Shown here: positions 22,201 through 31,119 of the stretch, piece by piece
Numbering within the stretch: the first letter of the stretch is position 1
How the letters are laid out: each line of letters opens with the position of its first letter
Source: an uncultured Candidatus Rokubacteria bacterium
GTDB lineage: Bacteria > Methylomirabilota > Methylomirabilia > Rokubacteriales > CSP1-6
Assembly (NCBI GenBank): GCA_963754315.1
Contig: CAVWFS010000020.1
Coordinates: 64,001 to 128,000, forward strand
Length of the DNA: 64,000 bases
Reading direction: 5' to 3'
The notes under the pieces: model-generated
Seen by the model: the letters and a program-made list of their open reading frames with translations, nothing else
Database searches by the model: none
What the model was told of the DNA's origin: nothing
Made by a program: the position numbers and the translations under genes

Positions 22201-22642
22201 CGAAGAAGGCGCGAGCTTCATCGAGCGTGACGGCGTGGTCGAGACCGTGGATCACCGGTACGGACGCCGCGGCGGCCGCGACCCGGGCGCGCGCCTTGTC
22301 GCCAAACAGCTCCAGATGCTCCACGTCCGGCCCGACGAAGGTAAGGCCAGCCTCGGCGCACATCCGCGCAAAATCCCCGTGCTCGGCGAGGAACCCGTAG
22401 CCAGGGTGGAGGGCGTCGCAGCCGGACACTCTCGCCGCCGCGATCACGGCCCCGGCATCGAGATAGGCGGCCGCGCCCTGACCCGGCAAAGCCCGGACGT
22501 CGTCGGCCACGCGGAGGTGCAGGCTGTGGGAGTCGTCTTCCGAATACACGGCAACGGTGGGCAAACCCATGTCGGCCGCAGCGCGGGCGATGCGGATGGC
22601 GATCTCGCCCCGGTTGGCGATCAGCAGTCTCGTCACGCTCAT
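19244..22642 (-). CDS. Single-chain biotin-dependent acyl-CoA carboxylase (BC-BCCP-CT fusion)
   Basis: ANRGEIA, HPGYGFL, RLQVEH, EAMKM biotin site, GGGRPG carboxyltransferase domain. Confidence 0.92.
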   Translation of the reverse strand: MSVTRLLIANRGEIAIRIARAAADMGLPTVAVYSEDDSHSLHLRVADDVRALPGQGAAAYLDAGAVIAAARVSGCDALHPGYGFLAEHGDFARMCAEAGLTFVGPDVEHLELFGDKARARVAAAAASVPVIHGLDHAVTLDEARAFFASLPSGSGMIIKALAGGGGRGTRAVLSADELDAAFHRCRSEAGAAFGRAEVYVEEFIPRARHVEVQILGDREGGIAHLGERECSIQRRFQKTVEIAPAPALDDGLRRHIIDAAVRFAKHVGYTNLGTFEFLVDVSGRPGAQPFVFIEANARLQVEHTVTEAVTGVDLVQAQIRLAQGATLKDLGLDVPGIARPRGYAIQARVNMETIGPDGSVRPGGGTVTVYEAPNGLGVRTDGFGYAGYRTGVAFDSLLAKVIVHAPDFAGAVARSARALSEFRLEGVATNIAFLRSILAHADFAAGRVHTRWVDENMAALVVEGLDQRRRFVETARPAANDGGFAGARVKSRDPLALFAYDSQVKAEQATADVEDEAPTLTGPDGSAGVASPIQGTIVAIDVAIGDEVRQGQQLAVVEAMKMEHVITAPHGGIVRSVTMAPGDVVREGYPIVFIQEAEVVGGAVAAVAGPDPDHIRDDLRESYDRHAFGLDENRPDAVARRRKLGYRMPRENIDRLVDPGSFKEYWPLVVARQHQRNTIEALRKNTPGDGVVAGMCSINGTLFGETRSRAVVVHYDYTVLAGTQGHRNHYKQDRIFELAQRFKLPLVLFGEGGGGRPGEDDIGPRVAVDTHTFTTFSQLSGLVPLVAIVNGRTFAGNTALVACSDVIIATEGSTLGMGGPAMIEGGGLGIYTPEEVGPMSVQVPNGVVDILVADEDEAVDVAKKYLSYFQGTVSAGDAPDQRRLRHAVPENRLRLYDMRAIIDTIADTGSVLEIREKFGIGIITTFIRVEGRPMGVIANNPHHLAGAIDSDGADKGARFMQLCDAFDIPVLSLVDCPGIMVGPEVERTALVRHCTRLFNVGANMTAPLFTVIVRKAYGLGAQAMCGAGTLVGFFAVAWPTAEFAGMNIEGAVKLGYRKELIAIEDPEARLAEFQRRTAMAYDRAKAVNAAAGGGIDDVIDPADTRAWIASGLKRLPPVPARIGKKYPYIDPW

Positions 22643-22672
22643 GGTGTCTTTCGCTTCATCCGTGAAGGGCGT

Positions 22673-23881
22673 TCACCGCGTCGATGGTCCCCCGATGACG
22701 CCCTGGTCTCGCAAGGCGGCCACGGTCTCCGGACTCATGGCGAGTAGCTCGCGCAGTACCTCCGCCGTGTGTTCGCCCAGCATCGGGGACGGTGTCCGCA
22801 CCGAGCCCGGTGTCTCGGAGAGGCGCACCGGGGCACCTACCATCTTCACCGTGCCCGCGCGTGGATGCTGCATCTCCACGAGGGTGCCGCGAGCCTTGAC
22901 CTGGGGATGCGCGACGACCTGCGCGATGTTGTTGATGGCGCCGAAGGGGATGCCCTCGGGCAGGAAGATGGCCTCCCACTCCTCGTAGGTCTTCGTCAAC
23001 AAGACCTCCTGAAGCAGCGGGATGAGCGTGGCACGGTTCTTCGCGCGGTCGGCGTTCCGGCGGTAGCGCGGGTCGTTCGCCAACTCCGGTCGGCCGATCG
23101 CGGGACAGAAGATCTGCCAGAGCTTCTCGCTGCCGACCGCGAGGGCGAGGTCCCGGGTCTTGGTCCGGAACGTCTGATAGGGGAGCAAAGCCTTGTAGGC
23201 GGTGCCCATGGGTGCGGGCAGCTCCCCGTCGGCGAGGAAGCCTCCGATCATGGTGCCGAGGAGCGACATCTGCCCCTCGAGCATGGACACGTCGATGGCC
23301 TGGCCGCGCCCGGTCCGCTCCTTCACGCGTAGCGCCAGCATGATCCCGAAGGCCGCGTACATACCCGCCGTCATGTCCGCGATCGAGGTCCCCGCGCGCA
23401 CGCCCCGGCCACCTTCCTCGCCGGTCACCGAGATCATGCCGCTCTCGGCCTGGAGGATGAGGTCGAGCGCGGCGCGATCGCGATAGGGGCCGTCCTGGCC
23501 GAAGCCGGACACCGAGCAGTAGATGATGCCGAGGTTTCGCTTGCGCGCCTCCGCATAGGCCAGGCCCAGGCGCTCAAGCGCACCCGTGCGGTAGTTCTCG
23601 AGGACGACGTCGGCGCGCTCGACGAGCTCGAAGAAGAGCTCCTTGCCCCGCGGATGCTTGAGATCCACCTCGATGCCCTGCTTGTTGCGGTGCAGGCTCA
23701 CGAAGTACGCGGTCTCGCCGCCCGGCAGCGGCGTGCCCCACGCGCGCGCGATGTCGCCCGCACCCTTGGGCTCGAGCTTGATCACCCGCGCGCCGAAGTC
23801 GGCGAGCATGGTGGAGCAGAAGGGGCCGGCGAGGGCGTGGCTCAGATCGATGACGGTGACGTCTTCGAGCGGCAGGCGCAT
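22673..23881 (-). CDS. Family III CoA transferase (CaiB/BaiF)
   Basis: LAGPFC, DFGARVIKLE, HRNKQGI, SGFGQDGPY, LGEHT; RBS before ATG at 23881. Confidence 0.92.
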   Translation of the reverse strand: MRLPLEDVTVIDLSHALAGPFCSTMLADFGARVIKLEPKGAGDIARAWGTPLPGGETAYFVSLHRNKQGIEVDLKHPRGKELFFELVERADVVLENYRTGALERLGLAYAEARKRNLGIIYCSVSGFGQDGPYRDRAALDLILQAESGMISVTGEEGGRGVRAGTSIADMTAGMYAAFGIMLALRVKERTGRGQAIDVSMLEGQMSLLGTMIGGFLADGELPAPMGTAYKALLPYQTFRTKTRDLALAVGSEKLWQIFCPAIGRPELANDPRYRRNADRAKNRATLIPLLQEVLLTKTYEEWEAIFLPEGIPFGAINNIAQVVAHPQVKARGTLVEMQHPRAGTVKMVGAPVRLSETPGSVRTPSPMLGEHTAEVLRELLAMSPETVAALRDQGVIGGPSTR

Positions 23882-24106
23882 GTGGTTCGTCTCCTCGCGG
23901 CCCATAGTAGCCCAGCGGCCGCGGGAGGTGGCCGCCCAGCTCCTCCGGTATCACGGCCCGGGCGAAGCGCTGGGCAGCATGGTACTGGGCGAGCTCTCTT
24001 CATCCCTCGGCAGAGGACTTGGGACGAGGCTATGATCGGTATGTTCGGGAGCCGATGCGCGTGAGCTCCCGAGTCCGCCCTGTGACCTCGAGAGAGGAGA
24101 GGCGAC

Positions 24107-24943
24107 ATGACCGAGCCCATCTGGAACGCGTTTCTCACCGACCGTGACAAGGCCGTGTTCAAGGCATCCGGGTACGGCGCCCGGGGGGGATTCGGGCAAC
24201 GCCCGGCCCTGCTCGTGGTCGACGTGAACTACGCCTTCTGCGACGAGCGTCCCCTGCCCATCCTCGAATCGATCAAGCGGTGGCGCAACTCGTGCGGCGA
24301 GGATGCCTGGATCGCCATGCCCTACCTCAAGTCGCTAATCGAAAAAGCGCACGCCAAGGGAATCCCAGTCATCTACACCACGGGCGTACGGCGGGCCGAC
24401 AACTGGGATAGCGGCAGCTGGAGTTGGAAGAACGGTCGCTCGGGTGAGGACGAAACCGTCAGGCCCCGCACCTACGTCGACGGCAACGACATCGTAGCTG
24501 CCATCGCGCCCGGCCCGCGCGACATCGTGGTCTTCAAGCAGAAGCCGTCAGGCTTCTTCGGCACCAACATGGCGAGCTATCTCACCCTGTTGGGCTGCGA
24601 CAGCGTCATCGTCACCGGCACGACCACCTCCGGCTGTGTGCGCGCGACGGTCCTCGACGCCTTCAGTCTGAACTATCGCATCGCTGTCGCGGAGGAAGCC
24701 TGCTTCGATCGCAGCCAGGCAAGCCACGCCATCAATCTATGCGACATGAACGCCAAGTACGCCGACGTGGTGAAGACGGCGGAGGTTCTGGAGTTCTTCG
24801 ACAACCTGCCCGTGAACATGTTCGATCTGCCTAAGGGGGCATCCGTCGAGACGCCAGACCTAACCCCGAAGCACGTGGTGAATTTCTGCAACTCCGTCGG
24901 GGCCCGAGCTCCGCAGCGAGCTTCACCCCCAGCCTCGCGGTAG
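24107..24943 (+). CDS. Isochorismatase/cysteine hydrolase family protein
   Basis: PALLVVD, KQKPSGFFGT, GTTTSGCVRAT. Confidence 0.9.
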   Translation: MTEPIWNAFLTDRDKAVFKASGYGARGGFGQRPALLVVDVNYAFCDERPLPILESIKRWRNSCGEDAWIAMPYLKSLIEKAHAKGIPVIYTTGVRRADNWDSGSWSWKNGRSGEDETVRPRTYVDGNDIVAAIAPGPRDIVVFKQKPSGFFGTNMASYLTLLGCDSVIVTGTTTSGCVRATVLDAFSLNYRIAVAEEACFDRSQASHAINLCDMNAKYADVVKTAEVLEFFDNLPVNMFDLPKGASVETPDLTPKHVVNFCNSVGARAPQRASPPASR

Positions 24944-24960
24944 TCGCTATTCGTCGCCTC

Positions 24961-25090
24961 CGCGGTCGCGATGCGATCTACGGGGACTCCGTCCGCCAAC
25001 ATCTGAAGGGCTTGCAGATCCAAGAGGTCCTCCCGGCCGCCCAAAGTCCGTGGCAGATCCGTTCGCCGAGCGCGTCATCGGCTCGCTTGA
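24961..25090 (+). mobile_element. Integrase-core (DDE) transposase remnant
   Basis: Reads RDAIYGDSVRQHLKGLQIQEVLPAAQSPWQ, frameshift, PFAERVIGSL, resembling the SPWQNPYxERxIGS motif. Confidence 0.7.
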
Positions 25091-25209
25091 CGTTCTCGGA
25101 ACCAATCCGAAACGCCTCGCCTGCGCGGATCGCCTTTTCGACCGGGACAGGGTGATTCTCAGCGCTGATCGCGACCAATCCCAGCTCGATGATTACCCTC
25201 CCCTTCGAC

Positions 25210-26081
25210 CTACCGCTGACCCCACGCGGGAGTCGGGAACCGGGGCTTCGAGGTGGCGAATCGATCGGGCCAGAGCACCACCTTCACGCCGTCTTGCCAC
25301 TGCACCAGGAGACCCTTGTTGGCGATCTGATATCCGCGCTCGTCGACGGCGTAATCGCCGAAGATCGTCGTGGTCTTGAGCTTCAGCAGCCGGTCGCGAA
25401 CCTGGTCAGAGTCCACGCTGCCTGCCCGTCGTGCGGCCTCCGTGAACAGCTGGCAACCAGCGTAGGCGCCGGCGGCGTGCAAGCTCGGAGGCTTGTGGAA
25501 CTCCTTCTGATAGGCATCGACGAATTCCTTAACCCCGGGGTACGGGACGCTCGGTTCCCAGGGGGACGCACCATACGCGAACTCGGCCGCCCTGCCGAGC
25601 GCCTGCTGGAACTCGACGACCGCTGTCGTGGTCCCGAACATCTTAACGTTGACATCGCGCTCCTTCATCTGACGTGCGAAGACGATGAAGTCGGTGAGGT
25701 TCGCGCTCGCGATACCCAACACGTCGGGGTTGGCCGCCTTGACCTTCGCCAGGATCGCGGAGAAGTCCTGGTTGCCCTTCGCGTACTCCTCGTGGAGGAC
25801 GACATCCAGGCCGTTCTTCCTGGCGAGATCGATGGTGCCCTTGGCGGCGGATCTGGGGAAGATCGTGTTCTCGCTGACGAGGCCGACAGTCTTGAGCCCG
25901 TGGCGCGCCGCGAGGTCGATCAGCCCCGCCAGGAAGAGTTCCGAGGGGCCAAGTTGCATGACGATGTAGCGCCGCCCCTTCTCCCATATGGAGGACGTCG
26001 CGGCCAGCGGCGCGAGCATGACCTTGCGGTGCTTCTCGACGACGGGCGCCACTGCCTCGGTGAGCGGCGAACCGTAGAGCT
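25210..26081 (-). pseudogene. 5'-truncated branched-chain amino acid (LivJ-like) binding protein
   Basis: Similarity starts abruptly at LYGSPLTEAVAP; no signal peptide or N-terminal region; DFSAILAKVKAANPD and VQWQDG present. Confidence 0.7.
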
Positions 26082-26297
26082 CATTCGCCGCGTGCCCCCG
26101 CTGCCCCGGCCGAACGGAGGGAAGTGACGGTCGTCCCCAGGGTGGACGCCCCGGCCCTCAGGAGAGCCGCATGAGCCGGCCGGCCGCGCCGACAGCCTGG
26201 CACATTGGACGAAAAGACTCGCCACATCGTTGGCGGCTCAACTGTCCAAGGAACCGGGTGCGATACACTGGGGCGGGTCCCCCTTCGGAGGCTAGGC

Positions 26298-26627
26298 ATG
26301 GAGATGCATGGCATCCCGTTCGGCACCACCGACTGGTCCACCATCGAGCGGACCGAGCATCCCGGGGAACATGGCAAGGCGTACTGGCGCACGCGCGAGT
26401 TCGCCGGGATCCGCGTGCGGATGGTGGAGTACACGCCCGGCTACCTCGCCAACCACTGGTGCGAGAAGGGGCACATCCTGCTCTGTCTCGAAGGCGAGCT
26501 GCAGACGGAGCTGAAGGACGGCCGCAAGGTCACGCTGACGCCGGGCACGAGCTACCAGGTGGCGGACGGCGGGGAAGCGCACCGATCCTACACGCCCACC
26601 GGCGCCAGGCTGTTTATCGTTGACTGA
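26298..26627 (+). CDS. DHCW-motif cupin fold protein
   Basis: RMVEYTPGYLANHWCEKGH and HRS motifs; GGAGG RBS. Confidence 0.85.
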   Translation: MEMHGIPFGTTDWSTIERTEHPGEHGKAYWRTREFAGIRVRMVEYTPGYLANHWCEKGHILLCLEGELQTELKDGRKVTLTPGTSYQVADGGEAHRSYTPTGARLFIVD

Positions 26628-26686
26628 GGCTCGACGACCTGGGGTCCCGTCGATGTACGAACCACGGTGAACGGTTCTACGTCAGC

Positions 26687-28525
26687 TCAAATCGCATCGC
26701 CCGCTGGCCAGTCGGTGATGCCGTTCTTGATCGTCCACCCGAGATTGTCGATCGCCGTTCGCATTGCGTCCAACTGGGCGTCGTTGCGGGTGTTCGCCAG
26801 GATCGCCCAGCAGAACCCGTCGGCAGTCCGGACCAGTTCGCTTATGGTCCCGGCGAAGTCCCCGAGATGCCACCAGTTGCCCGCAGGGTTCACGGCCCAA
26901 CCCTTGGCGTAGTTGGCGGGAGCGCCGCCCGGACGTGGCGCCGTGGTGGCAGTCGTCATGGTGGCGATGGTGTTGGACTGGAGCAGGTCCGGCCTTGATG
27001 GGAATCCGTCGAACCGGAGCGCGATGCGCAGCAGGTCGGTCGGGTTGGCGATCCACCCGCCATGAGCATCCATGCGGGCCACTGGCAGGGCGTACGGGTT
27101 GAACATTCCCTGCTGGGTATAGGTGACCTCGTTCGGGCGGCGCTGGGCCAGAGTGTCTCCGGCGATGTGCATGTCCGTTACACCGCAAGGCGCGAGCACC
27201 TGCTGTCGCACGAAGGCGGGGTAGGTCAACCCGGACACCTGCTCCAGGACGCGGCCGAGCACACAGTAGCCGAAGTTCAGATAGTCGAAGATCGCACCCG
27301 GGTTGTTTGCAAGAGTGAGGCCGAGCATCTGGCCGATCAGATCCGCATGAGTGGCGTTGGGTTGGCCAAACATCGGGTCCTGCGCACCGCTCCAGCCGCT
27401 CGTGTGCTCCAGCAGATGCTGCACCGTGATTTGCGTAACCCGCTGGTCCGGATAGGGCGGCGTTCCGAACTGGTTGCCGAGGATGCCGCCTTGCCCGAAG
27501 ACCCGATCGGTGAGCGCAAGCAATCCGGCTTCGATCGCCCGGAAGACCGCGATAGCGGTGATCGGCTTGGAAACGCTGGCGATGCGAAAGAGGTGGCTTG
27601 GCGCGACCGGCGTTCCCGCGCCGTCGGCGGTGCCGAAGCCGCGGGCGAACATCAGGCTGCCGTTGCGGGTCATGGCGATGGAGACGCCCGGCACGTTGTG
27701 AGCGTTCATGAAGTTCTGCACCGCTTGGCGGATGGTCGTCTCGTCGCGATCGGACAGGAAGGGCTTGTGCCAGATCGAGGCGTAATGAACCGTGCCGCCC
27801 TCGGGGTATCCGTTCACTTTGACCAGCCGGTACCCGCGATCCACCAAGCCATTGAATTCCGCCTGATGTTGCGCGGCATCGAGCCCGTGCCGGCCCTGCC
27901 AGGTCAGGGCCGGTCCACGGCTCCAGAGGGCAGCGTAGCGGGTTTGTCCGCCGTCCAGATATCCGCTCACCCGCCGCAGGAAGAAACCATGGGCGGCCCA
28001 ATGATCGAACTGCTGCTGGTATTCTCCAGCCGCCATGCCGTGGCGTGCAACCCATTCCGGCGTCGCTTCCCGCTCCCAGATGGAGGCGAAGCGCACCTGG
28101 CCGGCTTCGGTGTAGCCACACAAGTCCACCGGGCGGAAGCCTTCGTTCGGAAGCGTGTCCACCTGCTCCTGCCACTGCGCCGGGGTGAGACCGTGCCGCG
28201 CCCTCACTTCCGGTCCTTGTATGGCCTGCCAGATGGAACTGAAGCGAATCCCGCCTGGCGTGTCATGGCCGCTTACCGCGATCGGGCGGAACCCTTGCGC
28301 AGGCAGGGTCGCGAACAGCTGCTGGTGCGCGGCTCCGGTGATGCCGTGGCGTACTTCGGTTGCGGGTCCCGGCGACTGCTCCCAGACTCCGGAAAACCGT
28401 TCGACGCCGTTTGCGCTGGCGCCGTTCACGTCGATCGGGCGGAAGCCCTGAGTCTTCAGAAGATCGAACGCACTCTGAAAATCCGCGCCGGAGAGGTTGT
28501 GACGAGCCTGCCATGCCGCGACCAT
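26687..28525 (-). CDS. Serine hydrolase (beta-lactamase fold) with five N-terminal ~50-aa tandem repeats
   Basis: Repeats xxARHG...GFRP...G...RFxxIW; SVSK, YLN and HLG motifs; AGGAGG before ATG at 28525. Confidence 0.88.
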   Translation of the reverse strand: MVAAWQARHNLSGADFQSAFDLLKTQGFRPIDVNGASANGVERFSGVWEQSPGPATEVRHGITGAAHQQLFATLPAQGFRPIAVSGHDTPGGIRFSSIWQAIQGPEVRARHGLTPAQWQEQVDTLPNEGFRPVDLCGYTEAGQVRFASIWEREATPEWVARHGMAAGEYQQQFDHWAAHGFFLRRVSGYLDGGQTRYAALWSRGPALTWQGRHGLDAAQHQAEFNGLVDRGYRLVKVNGYPEGGTVHYASIWHKPFLSDRDETTIRQAVQNFMNAHNVPGVSIAMTRNGSLMFARGFGTADGAGTPVAPSHLFRIASVSKPITAIAVFRAIEAGLLALTDRVFGQGGILGNQFGTPPYPDQRVTQITVQHLLEHTSGWSGAQDPMFGQPNATHADLIGQMLGLTLANNPGAIFDYLNFGYCVLGRVLEQVSGLTYPAFVRQQVLAPCGVTDMHIAGDTLAQRRPNEVTYTQQGMFNPYALPVARMDAHGGWIANPTDLLRIALRFDGFPSRPDLLQSNTIATMTTATTAPRPGGAPANYAKGWAVNPAGNWWHLGDFAGTISELVRTADGFCWAILANTRNDAQLDAMRTAIDNLGWTIKNGITDWPAGDAI

Positions 28526-28577
28526 CTGTGCCCTCCTGCTTGCTGATGCTGCAATGGGCGAGAATGAGGACACCTCC

Positions 28578-29654
28578 CTAGGTGAATGCGGGGATGACGT
28601 GACGGCCAAACAAGTCGATCGAGCGCATGATCCGTGTATGGGCCAGGTTACCCATCTGCATGAAGCAGAGGATCTGGTCCACGCCGGCCTCCTGGTACTT
28701 CTGGAGGACCTTGATGACGCTGGCCGGGTTGCCCATGGCGAAGGCGCCCGACTGCATATGGTCCGCAAAGGTCTTGCCCGTGCGCTCTTGCTGAATCGCG
28801 GACACGGCGAATTTGTAAGAATCGGGCACGTGGCGTCCTTGCCAGGGTGCGTAGAGCTTCTCCGCCATCTTGACGAACCATACGCCTTCCGGGCCGGCGA
28901 ATTCGTGCGCCTCTTCGTCGGTGTCGGCACAGTTGGTGACGCACAGCGCCGCGATCTGGTTGTTGATGAAGCTCCCCACGGGTTTGGCGTGTGTGATGCC
29001 CTGGCGATACAGAGCGACCCGCTCGGCCATTTGCGCGTACCCGCCCAGGTTGAAGCAGAGGGCGCCCAGGCCCATTTCCCCGGCAGCCCGGAAGCTGTCG
29101 GGCTGGCTGCAGGCGACCCACAGAGGGGGATGAGGTTTCTGCACAGGCTTGGGAATGACCGAGCGCGGCGGGATCCGATAGAAGCGCCCCTCGTGGGTGA
29201 AGGGGTCCTCCGTCCACATGCGGGGAATCATGGCGACGGCTTCTTCCCACTGGGCTCTGGTCTCCTCGGGGTCGACCTGGAAGCCGTCCATTTCGATGAG
29301 CGTGGTGGACCGCCCGGTCCCTAGATCCATGCGGCCATCGCTGACGATATCGAGCACGGCCGCCCGTTCGGCCACCCGGACAGGGTGATTGTACTGGCCC
29401 GGTAGCAGGGCGACGGCGTGGCCAATGCGAATCCGCTTGGTGCGCTGCGAGAGGGCCCCGTAGAGGACTTCCGGCGCCGAACAATGGGAAAACTCCCGCA
29501 AGAAATGGTGCTCCACCGTCCAGAAGTACTGGAAGCCGACCTCATCCGCCAGCTCGACCTGGGCCATGACCTGTTTGTAGCGCTCCTGCTCGATGCCGTC
29601 ATAGTGGGGTTCCGGTATCTGAATTTCATACATGAGCCCGAATTTCATGGTCAT
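28578..29654 (-). CDS. LLM class flavin-dependent oxidoreductase
   Basis: WTVEHHF, HPVRVAERAAVLD, PKPVQKPHPP. Confidence 0.92.
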   Translation of the reverse strand: MTMKFGLMYEIQIPEPHYDGIEQERYKQVMAQVELADEVGFQYFWTVEHHFLREFSHCSAPEVLYGALSQRTKRIRIGHAVALLPGQYNHPVRVAERAAVLDIVSDGRMDLGTGRSTTLIEMDGFQVDPEETRAQWEEAVAMIPRMWTEDPFTHEGRFYRIPPRSVIPKPVQKPHPPLWVACSQPDSFRAAGEMGLGALCFNLGGYAQMAERVALYRQGITHAKPVGSFINNQIAALCVTNCADTDEEAHEFAGPEGVWFVKMAEKLYAPWQGRHVPDSYKFAVSAIQQERTGKTFADHMQSGAFAMGNPASVIKVLQKYQEAGVDQILCFMQMGNLAHTRIMRSIDLFGRHVIPAFT

Positions 29655-29821
29655 GTCCTTCCCCCAGTTTGGGTGGACGTCAACGAGGAGTCGTGCCCTT
29701 CGCCGCCGTCCGGCCGTGGAACGTGCGCCCTCGGCGTATCCGGACTTTCGGTGGCACGGCCGCTCGAGGTCCCTGCTCTCGGCCGTGCCTCCCGATGACA
29801 GCGGCTGGCAGAACTCCGTGC

Positions 29822-30694
29822 TTACCCGAGGTGCTGATGTATGAACGTGGTCATCTGCTCGAGCGCCTGCTGGGCGACTGACGAGGAGGGATTGCGCAGC
29901 AGGCCTTCACCCTCGCCTTCGAAAATCGTCACCTCGATCTGGCCTCCAGCCTTCCGATACTGTCGGACGAACTCGTCGAGGTCCGGGCGTGGATGCGCCT
30001 CCTCGTACGTGCGCGCGAGGCACAATACGGGCGGCGTTGCCGTCCGCTCCCCACGGGCCAAGATGCGCGCGGGTGCCCCCTCGGCCATGGCCTCTTCCGT
30101 CCGCCAGTACTGGTCATGCATGGGCACCACGCGGTCGGCCAGTCCGGCGGGTGGAGTGCAATCCTGTCGCAGGCCCTTGGCATAGTGATAGCGCCCGAGC
30201 GGATCGATCACGGGAGAAACCATGATCACGCAGCCCAGGGTGCCATCCACCGTCGTGGCACCCGCCGGCAGGGATAGCGCGGCGTAGCGTGGATCGCGCG
30301 GGCGCATGCCGAGCAGCATGGCCTGGTGCGCGCCGCTGGATGTTCCCATCGCACCGATCCGGTCCGGGCGACCGTTCCACCCCAGGGCCTGGGTCTTGCA
30401 CCAGCGAATCCCATAGTGAATGTCGGCCAGAGAGGCCGGATACGGTTCCCCTGGAGGCACGCGAAAATCCAGCGCTGCTACGATCACACCATTCCTGGCG
30501 AGGGTCTCGTTCGCCGCGTTACCGTTCAGACGATCGCCCCGGACCCAGGCCCCACCGTGCAACTCGACCATGATCGGGAACGGGCCGCTGCCGCGCGGCG
30601 TGAAGAGACGCGCCAGCAGCGGTTTGTCCCCATGCCGGAGATATTCCACGTCCGCCACATCGATGTCATACGTGGTCTGCGTGCCTGATGCCAT
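29822..30694 (-). CDS. Alpha/beta hydrolase (HSL-like)
   Basis: HGGAW oxyanion motif, GTSSG nucleophile elbow. Confidence 0.8.
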   Translation of the reverse strand: MASGTQTTYDIDVADVEYLRHGDKPLLARLFTPRGSGPFPIMVELHGGAWVRGDRLNGNAANETLARNGVIVAALDFRVPPGEPYPASLADIHYGIRWCKTQALGWNGRPDRIGAMGTSSGAHQAMLLGMRPRDPRYAALSLPAGATTVDGTLGCVIMVSPVIDPLGRYHYAKGLRQDCTPPAGLADRVVPMHDQYWRTEEAMAEGAPARILARGERTATPPVLCLARTYEEAHPRPDLDEFVRQYRKAGGQIEVTIFEGEGEGLLRNPSSSVAQQALEQMTTFIHQHLG

Positions 30695-30929
30695 GCGCGC
30701 CTCCCTTTCCTGGTGGGCCCAAGGATGTGTGTGTGTGTCTGGTCAACATTAACGCTTTCCGCCCCGCGCTTGGCTCCCGTCTTCCCGACGTCACCCCGGC
30801 CCGCTCCTGGGGCGCCAGGTACGGCCCGCATGTGCGGGCCTGCTCGCGGGTCGAGAGAGCCAGCCTGGGTGAGCGGCATGCTATGTGAGACACGCCGCCG
30901 GCGTCAACCGGGCCCGGACCGTCGATGGT

Positions 30930-31060
30930 GCAGTGGCGGTCGAGCGCCGTGAGCGCCTCCACTCGAGTGGACGGGTACCGAAAGCCGATGTGGCCATCGG
31001 GCGGATCATGATCACGCCGGCGGGCGGGGTCGACGCTCGAGTGGATCGGAGCCGCGTCGG
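30930..31060 (-). pseudogene. C-terminal remnant of an FAD-dependent aromatic monooxygenase
   Basis: GVIMIRP, frameshift, DGHIGFRYP...ALTALDRH resembles the LxRPDGHxxxR C-terminal motif. Confidence 0.5.
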
Positions 31061-31119
31061 TCGAGCTGCGGAGACCGGCGGAGCGCAGGGGGCGGTGGCC
31101 ATCGCCCCCTCGCTGCCCG

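Noticed and set aside
30726..30738. (TG)6 tract as a phase-variation site
   Set aside because: Short, intergenic and not clearly within a promoter spacer
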